DNA from: Magallana gigas
Taxonomy: Eukaryota
Reading direction: 5' to 3'
Length of the DNA stretch: 64,000 nucleotides
NCBI RefSeq assembly: GCF_963853765.1
Contig: NC_088856.1
Location: 1,116,001 to 1,180,000 of the forward strand
Shown: positions 40,284 through 52,200 of the stretch, one piece after another
Numbering within the stretch: the first letter of the stretch is position 1
Layout: the number at the start of each line of letters is the position of its first letter
Position numbers and translations under genes: made by a program
Notes under the pieces: generated by a model
Seen by the model: only the letters and a program-made list of their open reading frames with translations
What the model was told of the DNA's origin: nothing
Database searches by the model: none

Positions 40284-43200
40284 ACACCTGCACACAAAGA
40301 ATATAAGACATAATTAAAAAATTTCTGTGTGAACTTCTTCAGGAACTGCTCTTATCCAAGGTTGGACCCAGTGTTTGATCTTCTGAAGGTCATTTACAGA
40401 CAAGTATAACAAGTTCTTCATTGTAGTGCGGTTAGAGTTACTCACTTAAAAGAACTCGAAGCCAACTAATAACAGGCTCAATCGAGCACTCAATAACAGG
40501 CTCAATCGAGCACTCAATATCAGAGGAGCCAGCCCATAGAACACGGTCTTTCACCCCACCAACAAATATTTCAGCCACAAAGATCTTCAAATTTTTTAGA
40601 TCGTTTTCCTTTTTCGACTTTTTTAAAGACACTTAGTAAATGTGTGCAAAAATATTTGTTAGACCTCTGAGTATACGCCCTTTGACAGAATTATGCTGAA
40701 AGCTTGATGATGTATGACTTGAAAAGAAAAAAATTTAAAAGTTTAATTATCATTTAACAACTTTATGAAAAACACAAAACAGATGGTGAGTTAATCACAC
40801 AAAAAAAAAATTCAAGGGAGATTACTCTAATTAAAACTTGAATTTCTTAATTTGAAAGAGTTGTACTATCTATATTACAAACAAGTAGGTGTATAATAAA
40901 GTTCATTCATATTTATAAAATTTTTATAACCATTTCAGAGCGTAAAACAATTTGTAATTAAAAAAATAAATTCCAAAGTATTCTAATTGGTCAAAATTTG
41001 CACTTAAATTTGCTACGTGTATATTAAGAGAAATAATTTGTTTTGCATGTGTGTTGCATAGTTAGGTAGGCAACATATGTTTTATGATTTAAACATCTGT
41101 GTTTTGCAAATTATATTTCACGCTACTTTAACCAGAATCAATTAATTACAATATTATCTGAGAGAGCTTTTAAGTATCTATATATCTCTTCTATATCAGC
41201 TGTTACAGAGCTTATTTTCAAAATACACCAAATATAAATTACACACATAAGTAAGGCCTAATGAACCAGGACCAATATGATAATGAAACTTTGTAATTCA
41301 CAAGGATTACATACTGCTTTTTATTGGAAAAATTAATCCTATGCCATTCCTTTGTAATATAATATTGCTGATTACAGGGGAGACAACCTTAGTTATAGAA
41401 CGATAACTTTGTTTATTTATATGTTGGTCGGGGTTACGCCAATAGAAATAAATAAAAATATAGGTTAATTCCTCCTGACACATCTGAGTCTCCTCCACGG
41501 AATGGCCGCTATTACCGGAACATTACCTATATCACTGTTATTGTTGTGCATATGTCTTCACTTATAATATTTAACTTGGGTCGGATATACGATAGCGTTT
41601 GAAGCAACTCTCATACTTCAGCATTGTTCATAGCAAGAGATTAACTAGATCCATTGTTTTGTTTTCCTGCAAGGTTACAATAACAGTATCTATAGACTTC
41701 TTAAAATCTTTGGCCCTAATCTAGAGCAGCTTATAAAAAAAAAAAAATTTATATCAAATAAGTTGATGTGTCCTTCTATCTGCTGATGTTGCATTCAATT
41801 GTGTAGCTTAACTCTGACGTCAATTGATTTCTCACAGTTCTCTTTCAAACAAAAAAAAAAATTATTTTTTTTTTTTTGGGGGGGGGGTGTTATTGTTTCC
41901 ATTGGTTCTGAAATAACAATTATGACAGTCTTCTGGTGTGAAGGTTTTGACATTCGTCACTTGAATCTCTCACATCTTTGTTTTCTCAAGGTTAACGAAG
42001 ATCAGTTCAGAAAACAACAGTTAATCTACGATAATCAGCTCAGGAAAACAATGTTTAATCTATGCTCATCCCTCCTTCCTGTTAATTTGCTGACACATCA
42101 TATTTACATGAAGTATGATTATGTTCTGACTTTGAGTGTGGGGGACAAATTGAAAAAGAATCCATACAAATAAAGCAATCACATTTACGGAGGCAAAACA
42201 GCATCCCTAGGAGTTTACGAGGATTAATAACTCAGCGTGAACTCTAATAGTCTACCAATTTTCCACATCCAAAGCTTCAGAGAGATCGGACTTGTAAAAT
42301 CATAACTAAAGTCATAAGTGTTCTTCATGACATGTTATTAGCTGTATCCTCTATACTACATGTATTAGAATTATTAAAATAATTGCTGTCATTTACCCAG
42401 CAGTTCTAACTGCATCTCCATATAAGATCAACCTTAAATGGTTGATGTAATTTAAAAGTTTAATAGCAAATATTTATGAATGTCTGCAGGACTGTTGAGT
42501 TCGTAGGTTGATAATTGTAATTCCAGACCTAACACTTCCTTCTTTTTTTTGTAGGGGTCAGAATAAAGAACACATGAAGTTTTCACCTGTAGGAAAGTTT
42601 AACTATTTTCACGACCATTTGAAGATGCCGCCAAATGACACCCATGCTCGAAAGAAAAATCGAAAATCGGCCATGGCCATAGTGCAGGAACTGGGGTCCG
42701 AAAGTAATGCACATGGTCTAGCGAAAATCGCCATGTCACGAAAAACTAAACGAAAAGTGATGTGGTCTCTGCTGGTGATAATTGGGTTTACGGCGGCCGC
42801 CATACATTTGTCATTCCTTGTGATAAAGTACCTACAGTACAATGTGGTGGAAGTCTCCGAAATGAAGGACGGAATGCCGGTGGAATTTCCATCGGTAACA
42901 ATCTGCAACACGCAGGCTTTATCGCTTACCAAACTGAAGGACAGAATGAATGAAACTCCCGATATCAACAACTGGTTTCAATTTATTAGCAATGCAAACT
43001 TTGGTGAACACTTCTCGCGAGTGGAGTCTGTTCAGGGATTTTACGAGAATTTATTCCAGGAAGCCAAAAACGTGGGCCATGAAATAAACGATACGTTACT
43101 TCACTGCCGATTCAATCAAAGGCCGTGTCACCCTCACAACTTCACTCGATATTTCAACGGCAAGAACTACTATAACTGCTACACGTTTAACAGTAAGATG

Positions 43201-46200
43201 GGGGACCATAACATGCAGTATATGCATACCACCGGTCCCCAGCATGGCCTCTCAATCGTCATGGCACTGGACAATGACGACCCTCCGCTAGGGGCATACG
43301 GACTCTACAACCAAGAGAGTAACATTGAGCACACCGCTGGACTGAGGGTCCAGGTTCATGCCCCCCAGACGATGCCCAGCCCCATGGATCACGGATTTGA
43401 CATCCCTCCTGGGTATTCGTCCTCCGTGGGTCTAAAAGCCGTGATGAATTCAAGGAAACCTTATCCTTATGGAAACTGTACATATGACAGACTTAAAAGA
43501 TACCCAAAATACAGGAATACAATATTCTCCTGTTTCCAGTTGTGTAAGCAAGAGATAGTGATTCGCGAGTGTAAGTGTCGGACCTCCGGACTCCCAAGCA
43601 CTCCGGAACAGAAAAATTTGTCTTACTGCGGGACGTTCCATCACTGGCAGAACTTATTCCAACAGCTAAGTAAGTCTGGCTCATTCAATAGAACACACCT
43701 GTACAACCAGAAACTGGACTGCGAGGTCAAGGTGCTCCATCGTCTCTCTAACGACCGCAGTTACGAGGTCGGGTGTGGGTGTTTCCAGCCATGTCAAGAG
43801 ACCTCCTATCAAAAATCCATCTCCCTCTCTTACTGGCCCCTCGAGTTTAACCAGTACAATGCCTTACAGACATTTTATGGAATTTTAGAAGATTCAAATC
43901 GGATAAATAATTCCTTCATGTCAGAGGCTTATTACAATCTTCATGAAATTATTAAGAAATATGAGCCACTGGCTCAAAACATGACTGGAGAAAATGCGGA
44001 ACAATTATTACATGCCGATATTCCGATGGATGAGAGACGAAAGCAGGCCCGTGCCACTCAACTCATTCATCAAAATCTCCTTCGTTTGAATGTTTATTTA
44101 GAAGACCTTAGCGTCATAGAATTTAAGCAGATGGCTGACTATGATATAGCAGATTTACTGTCAGATATCGGAGGAACTTTAGGACTGTGGATGGGGATTT
44201 CGATTCTGACAATTATGGAGTTAGTGGAACTCGCGATTCGCCTGGTTGCCATTTTATTCAAATCGGAAAATAGATATCCTGATCACATGGATGACCACAG
44301 TTCAGCCAATGGAATTTTAGAACACTCGACAGAGAGGGCGATATACCCTCAAGATACATATGATCCATACACACAGCCTGAGTTTCAGAGTTTTGAAAAA
44401 AATGATTACGGTCGGACTACAAACGATTTACCTCCCGACTCGCCTATCTGAAATTTGTGTTTTCATTGATTTCTTGGTTAAACTGACGATTTGAATGTGT
44501 CTGTGATATATTGTTTCAAATGGAATATGTATACATGTGTAATGTGAAAATACTCTGTTGCAGTGAAGATTTTATTGATCAAATCTCTCAGAAAGTTAAA
44601 ATCTGGAACCATTCATTGTGCAACTGAAAATGTTCAAATTATCATTCACATAAGTATCTAATAAACCATTATCACATAAATCAATCACCGTTTTCTTTTT
44701 AACAGTCTTGTGCTTCATACTCAGTTAAAAAAATCTTGAGGTATTTTTTTCATTTTATTTACAGCCAATCACCAATAACCAATGATACATACATCAATGC
44801 ACATTTTATGGCCATTAAACGGATGAATAAATATGATTTATATAGGATATTATATCTTTATTTTTTCCAAAGTCTAATACCCTAAAGACAAGATGGAACA
44901 GGATCAATACAAAATACTGCCCACTTACTCCAATATCAAAGTCTTGTCAAACTAATCGACCAATAGTGTTCAAAATGACCTGATAATCCCATTTTTATAA
45001 AAAGAAAAAAAAAATGATTTTGATAAAATATAAACTTCTTGTGGAAAGAATTCTCTTTTGCAAAGATTTCCTTTGGTTTACAGCAGATATAATATAAACG
45101 AACTATCACAAAAATTGGCAAATAATTTTGTTTACAATTAGACAAAGGACTATGTGCAGTTTTATGCATTTTTTGCCCCCAAAATCAAAGTTTTAGAAAG
45201 AGCTTTAAAAATAAGGTGAAAGAGAGTTAAAATCATATTGGAAAGAAAGGTGTAAAAGGTTATCACCACAGTGACTTCATAATGTAGAAATGACGTCATG
45301 AAGATTGCATTATTTTGATAAATTGATATTTTGTAGTAAAATATGGGTGTTTTCCGATGGTTTTTCGACTGGGAAACATCGAGCGCAGGCTTGCTCAAGT
45401 ACCATTTTTTAGTATAATGTGTATAATTATCAGAAGAAAAACATATGTTAAAATCGTACTTGAGCAGACCTGCGCTCTATATTTCCGAATGCAAAATATA
45501 AAGCAAAATTGAAAATATTTGCAATTGTTTACAAATTTGCGGGAATTGGGTCATTTAGTTGACGTCATAGATAAATAGCGAATGAGCAATGATGACTAAA
45601 ATCATGATTTTAGTTATAGACATCCACTGTACAATGATTTATGAAGATTTGATTTTTATTGGACACTATTTGAAAATTGGTTAAAATTGGGGGCAGATAT
45701 TTGACCATACCGCACATAGTCCCTTGTCAAGTCAAAAGTATAAGTCTGTCATAGATAATACATATCTCTAATAAAAAACACAAGATCTAGTACAGATTCT
45801 GCTGGCATCCCAAGGCAGACATCACAAGACATACATGTACTATAATACATGCTCGAGATATCTCAACTCACAATCCTGGCAGAGACAGAACCCCAAAAAA
45901 TCCTGAGATATTATCACAATGCAAACATCGCAGCCTCTCAAGTACGCAAGTGTGTGCATTGTTAAGTCATTACAGTACCTTCAATACTTGGAATAGCCTA
46001 AATGTCTCACTGGTAATAATTTATAACATAACCTCAGTGGCTCTAGTAATACCCAGGCTATAGGGTATAAAAGGATTAGGCAGCAAGGATTGAACATGGA
46101 GCAGTAAATGTACTTAATATTATAGAATGCATCAAGTCAGTAACTTGTAGCTCACTACAGATAACTTAAATTAGTGTCTATCAGTAATATATAAATAGTG

Positions 46201-49200
46201 CCTGTTTGGGAGGGTAACAGTTGAAATTGACACCCCGAGAAAACCATTGTCAACCGACGCGAAGCGGAGGTTGACAATGGTTTTCGAGGGGTGTCAATTT
46301 CAACTGTTATCCTCCCAAACAGGCACTATTTATTTTGTTATACTGAATGTCTTTTTTAAAATTTTTAAGAAAATTTTACTGCTTTTATATAGGAATAACG
46401 TGAATTCTACAGCAAACCATACGCGCATAATTTTCGCGCATGTAATATTTTTTAATGTTACCCGTTGCCAAGTGCGTTGCTAACGCTGAGGGTAATAGTA
46501 AATATTATTAACTGCGTCTTAACCAATCAGATTTCAGTATTTAACATGAAAGTATAACAACAATATTTATCTCCGTGCAGCTTCACTCGTTCTCTTAAAT
46601 ACCCTTGTTATAGGGTAAAGAGAGGACATGGAGCAGTGCATGTTGTATCAACTAAATACTGTCAGGTATCTTGTAGTTCACCATCAGATAACCTAACACC
46701 TCACTGGATTCTAATGGAAAAAACACTGATTACTGGCATAAAGGCCATTTAGTCCTGGAACGAACTTTAAAATAACAACAGATTTCTGGTACAAAATTTG
46801 GGGGGGGGGGGGGGGGGGGGCATTATTATTATTAATCAATCTGATACAAATTATACAATTACAGGTCAGACAAGTGGGGTAGTGAATGACAGAATATATA
46901 TACACAAGGTACAACAGAAGCTTCTTTACAACTCTATGTAAACCCTGACAGAGGCAATCCTTGCCCGATCTGATCTTCTGCCGTTTATTTACACAGGTCA
47001 TCACCTGTCTCATTGTATTAGTTAGCTACTACTATACGTAAATCACAGATGTGAGTACTATGCAATATATTTATAGACACAACCTATTTATAGCTGCAGT
47101 CATGACGTCTCTACAAATCTCCGACTGCTGACCAATGAAATACCTTGTCTTTTTAAGATTTAACTAATTTGTTAAATATCTTTTTTGATTTCAGCTCTTT
47201 TGATTATGTGGACAAAACTTGAACATTCATTCATAAATACTGTATCTTTAAACTGGTACATAGCACACACAGGTGATTCTTTCATACGGGAGGACTCTTA
47301 CCAATTATACAAAAAAAAACATTTGTTAGTGAATATTGGAATTACTACAACCAATGAGATTTGTTGGGGTTAAATGCTACAGATATTGTAGCCTACTTTC
47401 ACATTAATGTTCCTGTGGTTTTACATGGTCTTCATATTAAAAAACTGATCACATACAGAAGTCATTATTCCAAAATTACACTCTTGTACATGAGCACCAC
47501 ATCTACATGATGTTTACTAGATATTGAAAAGGCAACTGGAGATAATGTTGTATGTTTGGCCAAGTTGTAATGTAGAGGTGTTTTTAATTTTTTTGTTGCT
47601 AGCTCTTGTTAATAACTCCTTATTTCATTTTTATTTATTTATTTTTTTTTTTTTTGGGGGGGGGGGGGGGGTTGGTTGTAATACACAACTTAGTACCCGG
47701 TAATACATTTATTTGAGCAAAATGAAATCATATTATTATCATTACTCTATACTGCAACACAAAGCATCATGTATTAGCATATTGCAAATTTTGGAGGTAA
47801 AATGTTTTAAATGCCCGATTTTAAAAGTTGGAATAGAAGTGACTTCAGAAAATTAAATCTGCTAAATCAGCTTTTCTAAATTCTCTGATGTGTGAGAACA
47901 TGACATCAGATTTTTATCTTGGCATGTTTAAGCAACACTCCCGAGCTTATCATCCAATCAATTAAGGCCAATCTGAACCTTTTCTATCGATGAGGACTTT
48001 TTAAATAAAAATACATGATTTTATCTTGCAGTTATCTTTCTTTACGGAATTTAACAATTTCATTGAGACACGAATTCTGATAATCTTTATTGGATCTCAT
48101 TTTCTGAGATAACCTGCCCTTGTTCATAAGTTTCGAAATCCTGTAAGATCAATGCATTTTCTCAGTCAAGGTCAACAAGAGGCTTTAGCAAAAAAAAAAA
48201 AAACTTGTTACACAATTTGTCAAAAGTTCATATATGAACTAATGAAAGGAGAAATATATCTCTGTAACAAGCTTATCTTTTAAAAAGATTGGTGGGATAG
48301 CGCTGTATCCATCCTAAAACACAAAAGCAGATTTCTAAAACATTGGTTTAAATTCCTGAATCGATTAATTAACAATAAAAAGGCACAGTGGTGTACTGGA
48401 ATTGTGCTGGAGTGGGGTCTCAATTTAGAATTGTGAATCTAGAGTGGGTTTCACATCAGCAATGCATGGCATAGCCTTGTCATTATGTATCTACTGTAAT
48501 TTTAATTTCGATGTGAAAATTTTCAAGAACCATTGGTACTGTTTTCTCCCAACTGTATCTTCTCCGGCCTTTCCGGCAAGCTTGGAAAACATATCTGAGG
48601 TTGTTTTCTGAGCTCGAAGGAATTTAAGATAAAGCTAGCTATTTATTATAATATTTAAAATAACTTTGCATTATAAGACCTATGCTACTGTTACTTTTTG
48701 ACATATTCAATAAAACACAAAACTTCATTTGAAGATGATAAAACGAAACTCAAATGGTACAGTTTATCTACAGTAGTACAGTACATGTATTTCCAGAATC
48801 CCCTACTATGAAGTAAAGCACGAGTATTCCAGTGAAAAAGACTAATGAAGTTGCTAGCGCTTGAGAGCCCTAGCAATAAATTTATTCTTTCGTTATAGTC
48901 AAAACAATTAATATCTTAATTTTTTTTTAATACTCAGATACGCAGTTTTTTCTCTGTTTCAAAAGAAACCACTTTCAGTCAGTGTGAACAGTTACCTCAG
49001 GAATCTGTGGAATTTATAACTTTTACAATAATTAATATTCTGATAGTGCACAAAAAATCATTTTAATAATTGATGAGACCATCTATGAGGAGACACTTGT
49101 AAATTGCTAATAAGCATATCTCCTTATATTTAGATCCACCATTTAACATAGCTTTGTTGGGAGTTCACTTAAAAGATCACATCTAAGTTATCAAGAGAGT

Positions 49201-52200
49201 TATTAAGAGGCCAAATTATACCTACAGCAAGCACCTGCTGATCTTAACAACGGAACCCTTCCACTTGTTCAATACCCCCACTTACAGCCTCTTTATGCAA
49301 TATAGACTTTTAGCTTATTTCTCAACCCCAAACTATGCCGATTTCCTGTGGCCCTGACCCATTTTTCAAAAGTACACAGGGCAAACATGAAAATAATTTA
49401 AACTTCTTATACACACAGTAAGAGTCTTAAATGATCAGTACAATCATGCATACCAATATTGTAATAATCATGCTACTATAGACTATCACTATCAAACCAC
49501 TGAGAATTACATGATAATATGAAGCACAAGCTATTTGGTCCTATAGAGTAGCTAAGCTTGTAGATAACTGGGCCTCCAATGACCCTTTCAGGGCAACATT
49601 CAGATAAATGCCCTTGGATAGAGAGGTCTCACTGTATCCTTAATCACCAATGAGGTGTCACTGTGCTGCTCCTTAAAGAGGACCATAAATTGATAGCACT
49701 AGGAAGGTGATATTGTACCATCTATCAGGGAGGCTTTGTTATTGTTTTACTGCATTAGAGGGTAATTTGAGCAAAATGACATTGTCACCCAAGAGATAAA
49801 ACGTATTAAATGGTGACATAAGTACCAAATTGCCCTTGACATGTTACTTTTGCTCACTGGAGGAGGGGGGGGGGGGCTGAGTACTATTGTGAAATCATAA
49901 GATTTTTACATGGCATCTCTTGCCCAATTAATTCCTTAAAAAATTTCAACTTTAAAAGATACTAATGAGTTCGTAAAATTATGCCCCCATGAACCTCAAA
50001 GTATTGGTCACAGGAAAACCAATAGATTCTATAATATCACCCTATCTTGTATTATATTAGTGTGTTTGTTTGGTGGATGTTTTAGTTATTCATACCCAAG
50101 ATCCTCAGTTGACTATACAATATGTTTAAATCTTATATACAAAGCTACGCAATCATTGATCGTAGAAAATAAAGTACACATCACTCAAACATGTACCTTG
50201 CATTGGATTAACTAATCACACATAAATTGATTATTAATCTGTTGTAATTAAATCAAAATAGAACACCCCTTCCAACACCATTTTGATATCTAATTCAGTG
50301 TACTTTTGTATATAAATAGGAATTATTTTAAGCTATCATGAATCATCATAATTCCCTTGTTCAGAGAAATTCTCCTGAGGAAAGCCAGACTCCCCAAACA
50401 ATGCGTAATCCAAGCATGCTTTACATTTCCAGACAGTAAAAGATATAAATTCTACAGGAGCTTTTTCCGTACAAATTAAACTCAATTTGTCATATCTGAC
50501 AACATCCATCTTATGTTGTCCATAAATTCATAATAAAACAGTCATACTTTGCCTATTGCAATGAACCGTTCATGTTTCTGGGCTTTCCTACTAGTTGTGT
50601 TATCTACATGTACTGGTAAAAACAATTTCCAATACACAGAATTATATGGATTAAGATTCAGTAATTATATTATATATATACCAATATATAGTCCATGTAA
50701 TCACTCACCCACATAAACATGTACAGACATATCGTAAAAAGCCTGTGTTCCAAATATATTGTACAGGTATATCAAGAATACTGTTTTCCATGCTACTGAA
50801 GATGACATTATTGTTAAGAACTTGTTGTAGATGTCATTAGTGTTGTTTTTTTTATAAGTTTTTGTTGTTAGTGATGTTTGCTTTTATTTGTTGTCATAAG
50901 TGTTGTTTTCATTTGATGCTATTGAAAATGTTGTTTTTATTCTTGTTGTCAGTGAATTGTTTTAACTTGTTGTGAGTGCTGTGTCCATTTGATGATGTTG
51001 TTTTACTTTATGCAGTTGAGTTGTTGTCAATGACCTGTCTGAACAATTTCCTCCTGTTGTGTTAAATTGTTGTTGTTGTTGTTGTATCGCGGCTATGTTA
51101 AGGCTGTCCGAAGCTAAATATATATCGAAAAATGATACTATTTTAATTATCGAAAAATACTTTCACCGAGTGAGTTTCTTTAAACTTTTATTACATAAAT
51201 TAACAGCGAGATCCAACACTATATTTGATGTATTTTGTGACGTCATATATTTTTCTTAAGCAAGTGACGGGTGTATTGTAACAGGGTAAATAATCTATAA
51301 ATATCGCATCGGCGCAAGTGAATAATGACATTAATTCAAAAATATTTTTATGAAAAATCCTTCGATAAGTAATGTATTTTGCAGTTCTTGCTGGGGGTTC
51401 ATATAAATATTTCGTTTATTTAAAATATTGTCGAAACATTTTGCACTGCCATCGAAATTAGGCACATTTTTACATTTTAGGCTCGATTTACACAAAATCG
51501 GGTCAATCGGTAGGTTTCCCCCAGCAAGATTCACATGGGTACTTATTTTCTCTCCCGATTTCACGTAAAATATACTTAGATTGTTTTTATCTTTCACTTG
51601 TACCAAGCCATTTTTTATATGCATATACATATCACCATTCATTTATTAGATTACACGTAGCAGGGGGAGTCTCAAAACCATTAGTTTATAAATAGTTATT
51701 TACCTATTACGAAGCTTTAAAACTGTTGATTGTTTTATACTCCATATCGGTGATATTGAATTTAGTATCACTGGTATTTACATCAGTGTCTATGTAAAGG
51801 AATGAAGCGGTTTTATTATGCACAATCAAATATCACTTATTACGTTATGATACATTCCCTAAGAACGATCGAAAGGAATGCAGATCGTGACGTCAAAGTT
51901 AACTATGACGTCATATCTTATGAAGTACAGACAAGTGACTTCCTACACATCGCTGTGAAATTAATCGGGCAGCCTTAACATAGCCGCGATTTGTTACTGA
52001 ATAATTTGACTGCATTCTCCACTAACTGGTTGTGTTGTATGATGTATGTTGTTGATGAGTCTGTTGTTTTTATTTGTTCTTTGTGTTGTGGGTTTTCAGT
52101 GTTGTGCCTGATGTAGACCTGCCCATCTGGGTCCTCTTTCAACTTGTTGTGTTGTATGAGAATGATGATGTTGTTTTAATTGTTGTTGTGTTGTTGACTT

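Noticed and set aside
42508-42573. N-terminal extension of the 647-aa ORF
   Set aside because: It starts at TTG and crosses a polypyrimidine tract and acceptor at 42554; the ATG at 42574 fits known FaNaC length.
51331-51642. 103-aa ORF inside the TIR element as a possible transposase or cargo
   Set aside because: No DDE, zinc-finger or other recognisable motif; AT-rich chance ORF.
45290-51915. Several CRE-like TGACGTCA sites near FaNaC
   Set aside because: They lie inside the two TIR elements and are probably family sequence; there is no evidence of regulatory use.
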